IMG/VR virus record: IMGVR_UViG_3300049137_000252
Coordinates: 1 to 41,131 of that record
Origin: a virus
Taxonomy: Duplodnaviria; Caudoviricetes
Length of the DNA stretch: 41,131 nucleotides
Strand: one strand, 5' to 3'
The translations under genes and the position numbers were made by a program. How positions within the stretch are numbered: the stretch's first letter is position 1; the number at the start of each line of letters is the position of its first letter. This document shows, piece after piece, positions 1-6,954 of the stretch. The notes beneath the pieces are model-generated. The model ran no database searches. It was not told the DNA's origin and saw only the letters and a list, made by a program, of their open reading frames with translations.

Positions 1-43
1 TCACTTACGCTCCGGCGCGTTGTCGGACTCATCAGGAGAACTC

Positions 44-223
44 ATGGCAGACGACCCCAAGAAAACCGGCCTCGACCGCAAGCTGATTTCCCTCGACGAG
101 CCGCATGAGGTGCGCTCATGGACCGAATCCCTTGGCTGCAGCGAGACGCAGCTGCGCGATGCCGTCAAGGCAGTCGGCAATTCGGCCGAGGAAGTCCGTC
201 AGTACTTGGCCGGGGACCGGTGA
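44..223 (+). CDS. DUF3606-family small protein
   Basis: MADDPKKTGLDRKLISLDEPHEVRSWTESLGCSETQLRDAVKAVG pattern; AGGAG RBS at 34-38. Confidence 0.8.
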   Translation: MADDPKKTGLDRKLISLDEPHEVRSWTESLGCSETQLRDAVKAVGNSAEEVRQYLAGDR

Positions 224-486
224 TGCCCTCCATCCGTCGGATCTCCGTGCACGTCGACGAGCCGGACCCAGGGCACTTCTACTGGGTGCTGATGGAGGAA
301 GGCGATGAAGCCTCGCAATGGCGAGAGTTCGAGTCCGCCGACACGCCTTATGAGATGTGGATCGATGCCCTGAACGCGGGCATCAGTGCGCTGATCGGCT
401 ACGCCGCCGACGAGCGAATCGGGCCGCGCTCGGCCGGAGAACACGAGGACAGCTCGCCGGTAGCCGGACCTCAGTTCCTGTCCTGA
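223..486 (+). CDS. Hypothetical protein
   Basis: ATG overlaps upstream TGA (TGATG); protein-like acidic sequence MPSIRRISVHVDEPDPGHFYWVL. Confidence 0.7.
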   Translation: MPSIRRISVHVDEPDPGHFYWVLMEEGDEASQWREFESADTPYEMWIDALNAGISALIGYAADERIGPRSAGEHEDSSPVAGPQFLS

Positions 487-503
487 GTGTCGACCGGGTG
501 CGG

Positions 504-1250
504 CTACAGAAGTCCCAGCTGCACGGCAGGCCGGGGAGCCTCCTTCGCCTTTGGGATCTTCGGCGGCAGCGGCTCCGGCGTCATCGCCAGCATCTCGGCC
601 GGGTACTCGCGCATGAACTCGAACGCCTCCTGAGGTGAGGCGTCGAGCCAGGGCTCGAACTGCGCTGGCGGCAGGATCACGACCATGCGCTTGTCCTGCT
701 TGTCGACGGGCCGCTTGAGGTCCGGCCGGTGCATGTGCATGAACAGTGGGTGCGTGTCGGCGTTGATCGTCAGCATGGTGAAGCTGAGCTCCCATTCGCC
801 GGTTGCCGGGTTCTTCCAGGGCGACCAGATGCCGGCCACGCCGATCGCATCATCGTTGGCCGCCGTGAACCTTGTCGGGATCGACTTGCCCGTGCGCCAG
901 TCCGGTTCGTAGATCGCCTCGCACGGGATGATGCAGTGTCGCGGTTTGGCCCATGCGTTCTTGAAGCTGGCGAGCTGGTCGACGGTCTCGACTCGGGCGT
1001 TGTAGGTGCGCAGGCCGTACTTCACTTCCTTGGCGAATCCCGGCAGCAGACCGAAGTGGCCGCCGACCAGTTCCAGATCCGGCACCGCCTCGTCGCCTGA
1101 ATCGCGCTCGGGCGGCCGGCGGATGAAGGGCGCCAACTGCGTCGGGTAGATGTGCGACCCGCCGGGCGGCGGCTGCCACTCCGGCGGGAGCTTGATGCCC
1201 AACTTCTCGAGCTTCCGGCGGCGAGTTTCAGCCTGGTAGTGGGAGCACAT
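504..1250 (-). CDS. SOS response-associated peptidase (SRAP/YedK/HMCES family)
   Basis: N-terminal Met-Cys, TYNARVET, CIIPCEAIYEP, GVAGIW, FTMLTINA, H...DKRMVVIL motifs. Confidence 0.92.
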   Translation of the reverse strand: MCSHYQAETRRRKLEKLGIKLPPEWQPPPGGSHIYPTQLAPFIRRPPERDSGDEAVPDLELVGGHFGLLPGFAKEVKYGLRTYNARVETVDQLASFKNAWAKPRHCIIPCEAIYEPDWRTGKSIPTRFTAANDDAIGVAGIWSPWKNPATGEWELSFTMLTINADTHPLFMHMHRPDLKRPVDKQDKRMVVILPPAQFEPWLDASPQEAFEFMREYPAEMLAMTPEPLPPKIPKAKEAPRPAVQLGLL

Positions 1251-1307
1251 CGGTTCATTTTTGCCCGGGCGGGCCATTGCTGTCCACGTTCGATGTACGT
1301 CAAAATA

Positions 1308-1323
1308 CTGTACATTCATACAG
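1308..1323. promoter_or_regulatory. LexA (SOS) box
   Basis: CTGTACATTCATACAG matches CTGT-N8-ACAG, between SRAP and the divergent ORF at 1368. Confidence 0.85.
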
Positions 1324-1367
1324 CACCAAGGGGGCTGCACGGTGTTGGACATCTATCGGAGAGAGCC

Positions 1368-1655
1368 ATGAGCAAGGTGAAGGCGGCACGCCAGGAATGG
1401 GAAGAGCAGTACGCCGCGGCGCTGCTCAAGTTCGAGCCGCGACTCGCGCTCGACGACGCGCTCGAGGAAGCGTGGCTGCGCTACGAAAGCAGCGGCCACG
1501 AAGACCCGATCGCAGTCGCTCGGCGAGCTACGCACGTCAACGACAAGCCGGCAGAGGAGCTCATCCTCGGCGCGAATACGCCGGCCTGGATGAAACCCGG
1601 GGCCAAGGTGCCACCGGGCTGGAGGTTCGAAGGTGGACGCTGGCGCAACGATTGA
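1368..1655 (+). CDS. Hypothetical protein
   Basis: GGAGAG RBS before ATG; protein-like composition. Confidence 0.65.
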   Translation: MSKVKAARQEWEEQYAAALLKFEPRLALDDALEEAWLRYESSGHEDPIAVARRATHVNDKPAEELILGANTPAWMKPGAKVPPGWRFEGGRWRND

Positions 1656-1851
1656 CGACGAGCTGCTCGAGATGGCGCGCAGGGTCGGCGAGCTCGGCCC
1701 CGACGAGCCGATGCGGCCGTCGCTGCGGGATTTTGCCGACCACGTCGCCGGCCGCTGCGCCCGCATCGGCGATCTCTACGGCGACTGGGACCGGAATGCC
1801 GGCGACCACATCCGAGCGGTCATGCATGAGGTGCCTGGCCTTGCCCCCTGA
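1633..1851 (+). CDS. Hypothetical protein
   Basis: GGAGG upstream of GTG start; overlaps the previous ORF. Confidence 0.6.
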   Translation: MDAGATIDDELLEMARRVGELGPDEPMRPSLRDFADHVAGRCARIGDLYGDWDRNAGDHIRAVMHEVPGLAP

Positions 1852-1950
1852 GCCTAAGTAACCGCAGCAGCCATATCTGAAAGCAGAGTTTTTTACACGA
1901 CCGAGGCGCCTATCGGCATCATTGGGCCAGTTTTGACTTCCTCATCTGCC

Positions 1951-2229
1951 ATGGACAGACAAGAGCCCGAACTTTCAGAATCGCTGCAACTGTGGAGGCA
2001 ACTCGAGCAACTCGCTCGCGCAGCTGATCGTCGCCTGTGTACTGCGATGGTGGAGTACTGCCGCGACCGAGCGCCGAGGCCCTCGGCGGAAGATTTCAGA
2101 TTGGCAGTACATGCCAGGGCTCTGGCTGACGACCAATATCGGCGCTGGCGCAGAGAAAAGGACCGGCAACTCGGGAGGCTGATCACGCAACCCCGGGAGC
2201 AAGAAAGCACCCCCTACCAAACTTCATAG
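1951..2229 (+). CDS. Hypothetical protein
   Basis: Helical-looking ORF, weak RBS. Confidence 0.45.
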   Translation: MDRQEPELSESLQLWRQLEQLARAADRRLCTAMVEYCRDRAPRPSAEDFRLAVHARALADDQYRRWRREKDRQLGRLITQPREQESTPYQTS

Positions 2230-2263
2230 TTGCCGGCGATCCAGGGCGCTGCATACTGCCAAC

Positions 2264-2800
2264 ATGGCCTCCCCCTCCAGCCCCCGCGTCTACTTCGCCG
2301 GACCAGATGTGTTCCGGCGGAACGCGCCGGAGCACTACCGCAACCTCGTGCGCCAGTGCGAGGTTCTGGGGATGGAGGCGTTGGTCCCGACCGACGGCGA
2401 GCCGCCCGGCCTCATGGACGGCGAGGCGGCGCGCGCGATCTACGACACGAACATGGGGCTGCTGCGGCGCTCGAATGGGGTGATCGCCAACCTTGAGCCT
2501 TTCCGCGGCACGGAGCCGGATTCGGGCACGGTGTTCGAAGTGGGTATGGCCGTCGCGATCGGCCGGCCCGTCGTTGCCTATGGTGTGAGCGGCACATACG
2601 CGAAGCGCGTGGAACGCCTGCTGGGCGTAGTGCGCGCCAACGGCGTGCTGCGCGATCCGCATGACCTAATCGTCGAAGACTTCGGCCTCGAACTGAACCT
2701 GATGCTGGCGTGCTCGGTCAAGATCGAGGACACCGCTGCTGACGCGCTGCGCGCCCTTTCGCGCATCTTCATGACGCTCGGGCCGCTACCCGAGCACTGA
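2264..2800 (+). CDS. Nucleoside 2-deoxyribosyltransferase / nucleotide N-glycosidase family protein
   Basis: VYFAGPDVF, IANLEPFRG, DSGTVFEVG (catalytic Glu), NLML motifs. Confidence 0.88.
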   Translation: MASPSSPRVYFAGPDVFRRNAPEHYRNLVRQCEVLGMEALVPTDGEPPGLMDGEAARAIYDTNMGLLRRSNGVIANLEPFRGTEPDSGTVFEVGMAVAIGRPVVAYGVSGTYAKRVERLLGVVRANGVLRDPHDLIVEDFGLELNLMLACSVKIEDTAADALRALSRIFMTLGPLPEH

Positions 2801-2885
2801 GGCCCGCTCGCCTTTGACCCCGGCGCTTTTCACACGGAGGCTCTTGCAAGACCGCCAAGTGCCCTAGCCAAGGTGAAAGGGCAGT

Positions 2886-2975
2886 TCAGCGGGGATCACG
2901 CTTGAACCGCTCTGCAGGTATCGCGCCCTTTCGCTTGACCTTCACCCAGTCGATCAAACGGACGCCGGGCTGGTA
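2886..2975 (-). pseudogene. C-terminal remnant of an ATP-dependent DNA ligase-like gene
   Basis: YQPGVRLIDWVKVKRKGAIPAERFKR resembles ligase motif V (Y.PG.R...W.K.K); no KxDG adenylation motif in this short ORF. Confidence 0.55.
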
Positions 2976-3143
2976 GACGAGTTTGAGCGCATCGCCGTCG
3001 AAATCGGCCTGATGCAATACGGGTTCAGGGTTGCAGAGTTGTGCGCGTCGATCGGCGACCGGTACCCCGACGCGCACGAGGGCAACGCGGGGGAACACAT
3101 TCGGGCTCGCTACGGGGAGTGAGAATCTGACGATTCAACCAAC

Positions 3144-3172
3144 AAAAAAGGCCGCCATTAAGGCGGCCTTTT
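3144..3172 (-). terminator. Rho-independent terminator of the pilin gene (possibly bidirectional)
   Basis: AAAAGGCCGCC-ATTAA-GGCGGCCTTTT hairpin with T tracts on both strands. Confidence 0.85.
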
Positions 3173-3189
3173 CATTCCTTACGAACCGA

Positions 3190-3708
3190 TCAGGGTTGCT
3201 GAGCAGCGGCTACTTTGCAACCGTTGGGCGCGTACTTGGCTTCGACATTGGTTTCGCACGACCACGAGCCCGTATCAGCAGCGCGCGTCCACGTGACGGT
3301 CTTGTCCTTCACAGCCTGTGCAGCAGAATTGCCAAAAGTGCCCAAGATGGAGGACGCAGTCGTCGCATTCTCACCCAGCGTGATCACCGGATAGCCGGCA
3401 CCGGTGGGCGCCTCAGGCAGATCACCGTAAGCCACACCAGTGAGGAGCGAAGACGCAGTGGCGTCCGGGTAGCACTCGGTGGCCGCGTCATTGCCCAGCG
3501 CCAGCTTGCCGTCGAGCAAGCACGAGTCAACCTTGGTCTTCAGTGCACCGGTCTCACCCATGACCCGGGTAACCTGCGACTTGGCGACGTAGGTCTGATA
3601 CTGCGGAATCGCGATGGCGGCCAAAATGCCGATGATCGCAACAACGATCATCAGTTCGATGAGGGTGAAGCCGGCCTGGGCGCGGCGAGCGAAAGTGCGA
3701 CGGTTCAT
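3190..3708 (-). CDS. pilA: Type IVa major pilin
   Basis: Basic leader [13 protein letters not shown]|[24 protein letters not shown] (prepilin peptidase site, Glu5); C-terminal disulfide loop WSC...NGC; GGAG RBS. Confidence 0.95.
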   Translation of the reverse strand: MNRRTFARRAQAGFTLIELMIVVAIIGILAAIAIPQYQTYVAKSQVTRVMGETGALKTKVDSCLLDGKLALGNDAATECYPDATASSLLTGVAYGDLPEAPTGAGYPVITLGENATTASSILGTFGNSAAQAVKDKTVTWTRAADTGSWSCETNVEAKYAPNGCKVAAAQQP

Positions 3709-3763
3709 GTGAAAAACTCCTGGTTGGAAGAAACTTGCCTGTTGTGCAGGACCTGATACCTCT

Positions 3764-3779
3764 TGCAATGACTGGGCCA
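3764..3779 (-). promoter_or_regulatory. Sigma-54 (-24/-12) promoter of the pilin gene
   Basis: Minus strand TGGCCCAGTCATTGCA has exact GG-N10-GC spacing, 55 bp upstream of the ATG. Confidence 0.8.
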
Positions 3780-3787
3780 ACCTGCGA

Positions 3788-3903
3788 GTGCCACAAACTT
3801 AGAGCTTAAGACTGCATTCTTTCGCCGGGAGATCCAGAAAACGCCGTGCCAAAATCAAATGGCACGCTGAAATGAGTGCCACGGCATGCAACTGAATGTG
3901 CCA
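3788..3903. repeat. GTGCCA/TGGCAC repeats including palindrome CGTGCCA-N8-TGGCACG; candidate regulator sites
   Basis: GTGCCA at 3788, 3846, 3876, 3898; TGGCAC at 3860. Confidence 0.6.
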
Positions 3904-3927
3904 ATACGTTACGATTGGATAATGAGA

Positions 3928-4392
3928 ATGAGCGCGATAAGCCTTGAAGCAGCCGTGGCGATGACGGGGCTCAGCCGTAGAACCCTGTGGCGCAGGGTCA
4001 CGGAAGGGGCCATCGCCAAGCGTGAAGAGGATCGGGGCCGGGCGATGTTGTCTCTCGCTGCCGTCGTCGACCTCATCCCCGTCCCGCTGGACGATGACGA
4101 TCTTGAAATGCTTGTCCAAGCCGACGCCGGTCAGCCCGATGCGCAAGCCGACGTTGGTGAGATGTTCTACACCGCAGGTGAGTTCGGTGCCGCGGTCTAC
4201 TGGTTGAGTGCAGCCGCGGCTCAGGAGAACGCCGACGCGATGCATTGGCTCGGCACCTGCCACTTCGCCGGGCACGGCGTGCCCAAGAGCGAGAACATCG
4301 GACTGAGTTGGATCGCTCGAGCAGCTGAAGCTGGCCATGTGATCGCTCAGCACCAGATGGAGTCCCTCAAGCGCTCTACGCTCCGGTCGTGA
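3928..4392 (+). CDS. Protein with N-terminal HTH (Xis/AlpA-like) and Sel1-like repeats
   Basis: ISLEAAVAMTGLSRRTLWRRV HTH; AQADVGEMF...AVYWLSAAAAQENADAMHWLG..HFAGHGVPKS....LSWIARAAEAGH Sel1 repeats. Confidence 0.85.
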   Translation: MSAISLEAAVAMTGLSRRTLWRRVTEGAIAKREEDRGRAMLSLAAVVDLIPVPLDDDDLEMLVQADAGQPDAQADVGEMFYTAGEFGAAVYWLSAAAAQENADAMHWLGTCHFAGHGVPKSENIGLSWIARAAEAGHVIAQHQMESLKRSTLRS

Positions 4393-4396
4393 CCTG

Positions 4397-4663
4397 TCAC
4401 AGGGGCGATGTGCATTCCTCGAGCGCGGCGCGAAGTTCCCCCTCGTACCCTTCTCTCAGCTCGATCTCAGCCTGAGACGCTGCCACGTAGCGATCCAGGG
4501 CCACGCCAGGTGCGAGGGCCTCGGTCGGCATGGCCGGTCGCGCCGGCATCTGTACCCTACATTCGACAGGCAGGGGCACGCGCACAGTCCGCAGCGGCGC
4601 CACGCCGCAGCCCGCCAAGGCGGCGGCCACAACCAGCAGCACGAATGGCGTGAAGCGCTTCAT
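4397..4663 (-). CDS. o-spanin (Rz1-like lipoprotein)
   Basis: Lipobox LAGC after a hydrophobic signal, Pro-rich, overlaps the i-spanin stop. Confidence 0.8.
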   Translation of the reverse strand: MKRFTPFVLLVVAAALAGCGVAPLRTVRVPLPVECRVQMPARPAMPTEALAPGVALDRYVAASQAEIELREGYEGELRAALEECTSPL

Positions 4664-5013
4664 GGTGCAGCTCTCCCCTTCAGCCATCCATCGACCCGCA
4701 CGCGAGCGCTGCCGCAGTCGTCGCCTGGCAACGCTGCCGGCGTGCTCAGGATCTGCTGTGCGCGGCCTTCGCGCCGGCCGGCTGCCTCGCGGGCGACGGC
4801 CTGCGCCCGCTTCGCCTCCGCGCCGCGCTTGTCTGCGAGTTCGCGCAGGTCGTCGGTCGCATCACTGCACGCCGAAGCGGCCGCACGCGCGTCGTCGCGT
4901 TCGGTGGTGGCGATGGCGACTTGATCGCGCGCACCGAGCCATACCCATCCGAGGGCGGCATTGCCCGCGACGCTGAGCGCCAGAGCGAGAGCGAGCACCT
5001 GCAGGACGCTCAT
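4660..5013 (-). CDS. i-spanin (Rz-like)
   Basis: N-terminal TM segment, Ala-rich coiled coil, follows the endolysin. Confidence 0.8.
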   Translation of the reverse strand: MSVLQVLALALALSVAGNAALGWVWLGARDQVAIATTERDDARAAASACSDATDDLRELADKRGAEAKRAQAVAREAAGRREGRAQQILSTPAALPGDDCGSARVRVDGWLKGRAAP

Positions 5014-5606
5014 TTGCTCAGCACCTTGTAGGCACGGGCCGTCGCCGCTTTGCGCTCCGACAGCTTGAGGCGCGCCAGGCCGTTCACTTTCGTCGTGACC
5101 TCGAAAACGTCGCCGCGCTCAGCGGCCGGCATGCAGCCCTTGTAGTCGACAAAAAACCAGCACGCCGTCAGCGCGGCATGCTTCGGCTGCAACACCAGGC
5201 CTGGGTCGCCGACATAGTCGAAACCGAGGGAATCGCTCGCGGCCTGATAAGCATCGAGCCAGGTGAGCTGGATCAGCCCGCGCGCGTGGTAGCCCTTGTA
5301 TCGAAGCTGGCTCAGCCGGCCCGGGCTCCGCACGTAGTCCTCGGCACGGTAGGCGCCCTTGACGAACAGGCTCGGGTACACGGCGCGCAGCCGGTCGGGC
5401 GTGGTGTAGTAGAGGTCTTCCTCCACCACGGACAGCGGCCCGCCCTTGCCTTCGGATTCGACGGCGAGCTGGCCCAGCAGGCAGGCCACCGGCATGGCCC
5501 CGGTGATGCCGAACCGTTCCATGGCTTCCTCGAGGTGGGCGGCATAGCGCTCTGCATTGGCGCGGCCGGCGCCGGTGCACGCGATGAGGGTGGGAAGATC
5601 GATCAT
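5010..5606 (-). CDS. Endolysin, glycoside hydrolase family 19
   Basis: LGQLAVES...EE, RGLIQLT, AALTACWF, TTKVNG motifs. Confidence 0.88.
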   Translation of the reverse strand: MIDLPTLIACTGAGRANAERYAAHLEEAMERFGITGAMPVACLLGQLAVESEGKGGPLSVVEEDLYYTTPDRLRAVYPSLFVKGAYRAEDYVRSPGRLSQLRYKGYHARGLIQLTWLDAYQAASDSLGFDYVGDPGLVLQPKHAALTACWFFVDYKGCMPAAERGDVFEVTTKVNGLARLKLSERKAATARAYKVLSK

Positions 5607-5638
5607 GGCTTCAGCTCCTTGGCGTGGTGCCGCGTGGT

Positions 5639-5827
5639 CTATTGAGAGACGCCCGCGCAGCGCAGATAGAGCGCGACGATGGCTTCGGTGTGCTGGTCAC
5701 GCTGCGCCGCGGACGGATTCGCAGGCCGGGTCGGCAATGTGGGACAGTCGCGCGCCTGCGGGGGCGGCAGTGGCGCGGCACAGCCGTGGAGCGCGGCGAG
5801 CAACAGAACAGCCGCAGTGCGCCTCAT
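5639..5827 (-). CDS. Small lipoprotein (o-spanin-like)
   Basis: MRR, hydrophobic stretch, LHGC lipobox; Pro-rich; overlaps the upstream stop (ATGA). Confidence 0.7.
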   Translation of the reverse strand: MRRTAAVLLLAALHGCAAPLPPPQARDCPTLPTRPANPSAAQRDQHTEAIVALYLRCAGVSQ

Positions 5828-6309
5828 GGGCGGACTCCCTGCAGCTTCTCGTTGGCCCGCTTGATGGTGTTGTTCACGGTGGTTGCAGGCGCCGCGGCGG
5901 GCACGGCGCCCGTGGCTTTTGCCGCGGCCTTGGCCGTGATCGCCGCGGAGGCCGCAGTCTTCGCCGCGGTACCGACCTGGTCGGCCGCTTCGCCCACTGC
6001 TTCAGCCGCGCTGGTGGTGGCCACCGCCGCATTCGTTGTAGCCACTGCGGCGTCGGTGACCGCGCCGGCCGCGCGATCAATGCGTTGCCCCCAAGCCGAT
6101 TGCAGGCGTCCAATCTCGCTCAGGTGGTCGCTGCGCTGTCGCAGCATCTGCGCGTCGGCATTGCGCGCCGCCCAGAAGTATCCCGAGCCGAAGCCGCCGA
6201 GGAAGAGACTGCCGATGACGCACACGGTTTCGAAAAGCCGGCGCCACTGGCGGGGCGGCCGCACGCGCGGCAGGTCTTCGAGCGGGGCGTTGTCAGAATC
6301 ACTGTGCAT
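5824..6309 (-). CDS. Membrane protein, one TM plus Ala-rich helix (i-spanin-like or lysis accessory)
   Basis: TM segment VCVIGSLFLGGFGSGYFWA followed by an Ala/Thr-rich helix. Confidence 0.7.
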   Translation of the reverse strand: MHSDSDNAPLEDLPRVRPPRQWRRLFETVCVIGSLFLGGFGSGYFWAARNADAQMLRQRSDHLSEIGRLQSAWGQRIDRAAGAVTDAAVATTNAAVATTSAAEAVGEAADQVGTAAKTAASAAITAKAAAKATGAVPAAAPATTVNNTIKRANEKLQGVRP

Positions 6310-6709
6310 GGATCTGCTCCTTCAGTTGTTGCAGCTGCTCGCGCAGTTGCGCCGCCTCGATGGCTTGCGCAGCAAGGGCCTCCCGCAGCTGCGCGACATC
6401 GGCGGCCTGTGCCGCCAGCGTCTCGCTCATCGCGCGCATCTGCCCCCTCAGTTCCCAAAGCTCTTCCCGGGCTTCGTTGCGTTCGGCGGCGAACTTGTCG
6501 GCACGCTCATCTGATCTCAACCGCGCGGCTCGCTCGCCCTCGAGCAACTCCTTCCACGTCCCGAGCGCAGCAATTTGCCCCTCGCTGTCGGCCCGCTCTT
6601 TCGCATCGGTCGGCTGCTGCTTGCGCCACACCTGGTAGCCGCCTGCGGCCGAAAGGATGAGGAAGGCGAGCTGTGCGATCGGGTTGCTTGCGATGTCGCC
6701 CATGTCCAT
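6299..6709 (-). CDS. Holin candidate (single TM plus coiled coil)
   Basis: First gene of the lysis cassette; TM IAQLAFLILSAAGGYQVW; long coiled coil. Confidence 0.55.
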   Translation of the reverse strand: MDMGDIASNPIAQLAFLILSAAGGYQVWRKQQPTDAKERADSEGQIAALGTWKELLEGERAARLRSDERADKFAAERNEAREELWELRGQMRAMSETLAAQAADVAQLREALAAQAIEAAQLREQLQQLKEQIHAQ

Positions 6710-6729
6710 GGAATGCCTCGTCTCTTTCT

Positions 6730-6951
6730 TTAGATTTCGATGACCTCGACGGGCAGCAAGGGTGCTTCGCCCTCGATGACGCCGTCACGCACGAACACTG
6801 GATCGCCCACGGCGCCGCCGCCCCGAGCGGTCAGCAAGCCGCCGCCGGGCAGCTCGACGGTCGCCACCTCGCCGTCGAGTGCGGTGATGGTTCCGACTTG
6901 CAGCGGACGGGCCGGGAGCAAGTCGAGGAAGACGCGGTAGATGTTTCGCAT
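6730..6951 (-). CDS. Small tail-tip-associated protein
   Basis: Last gene of the tail module; beta-rich, VGDPVFVRDGVIEG. Confidence 0.65.
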   Translation of the reverse strand: MRNIYRVFLDLLPARPLQVGTITALDGEVATVELPGGGLLTARGGGAVGDPVFVRDGVIEGEAPLLPVEVIEI

Positions 6952-6954
6952 GGG

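Noticed and set aside
3031-3756. 241-aa plus-strand ORF
   Set aside because: Antisense to the pilin and runs through its terminator.
3788-3865. TGGCAC hexamers as additional sigma-54 promoters
   Set aside because: The copies at 3788 and 3860 lack the GC at the required -12 spacing; only 3764-3779 fits well.
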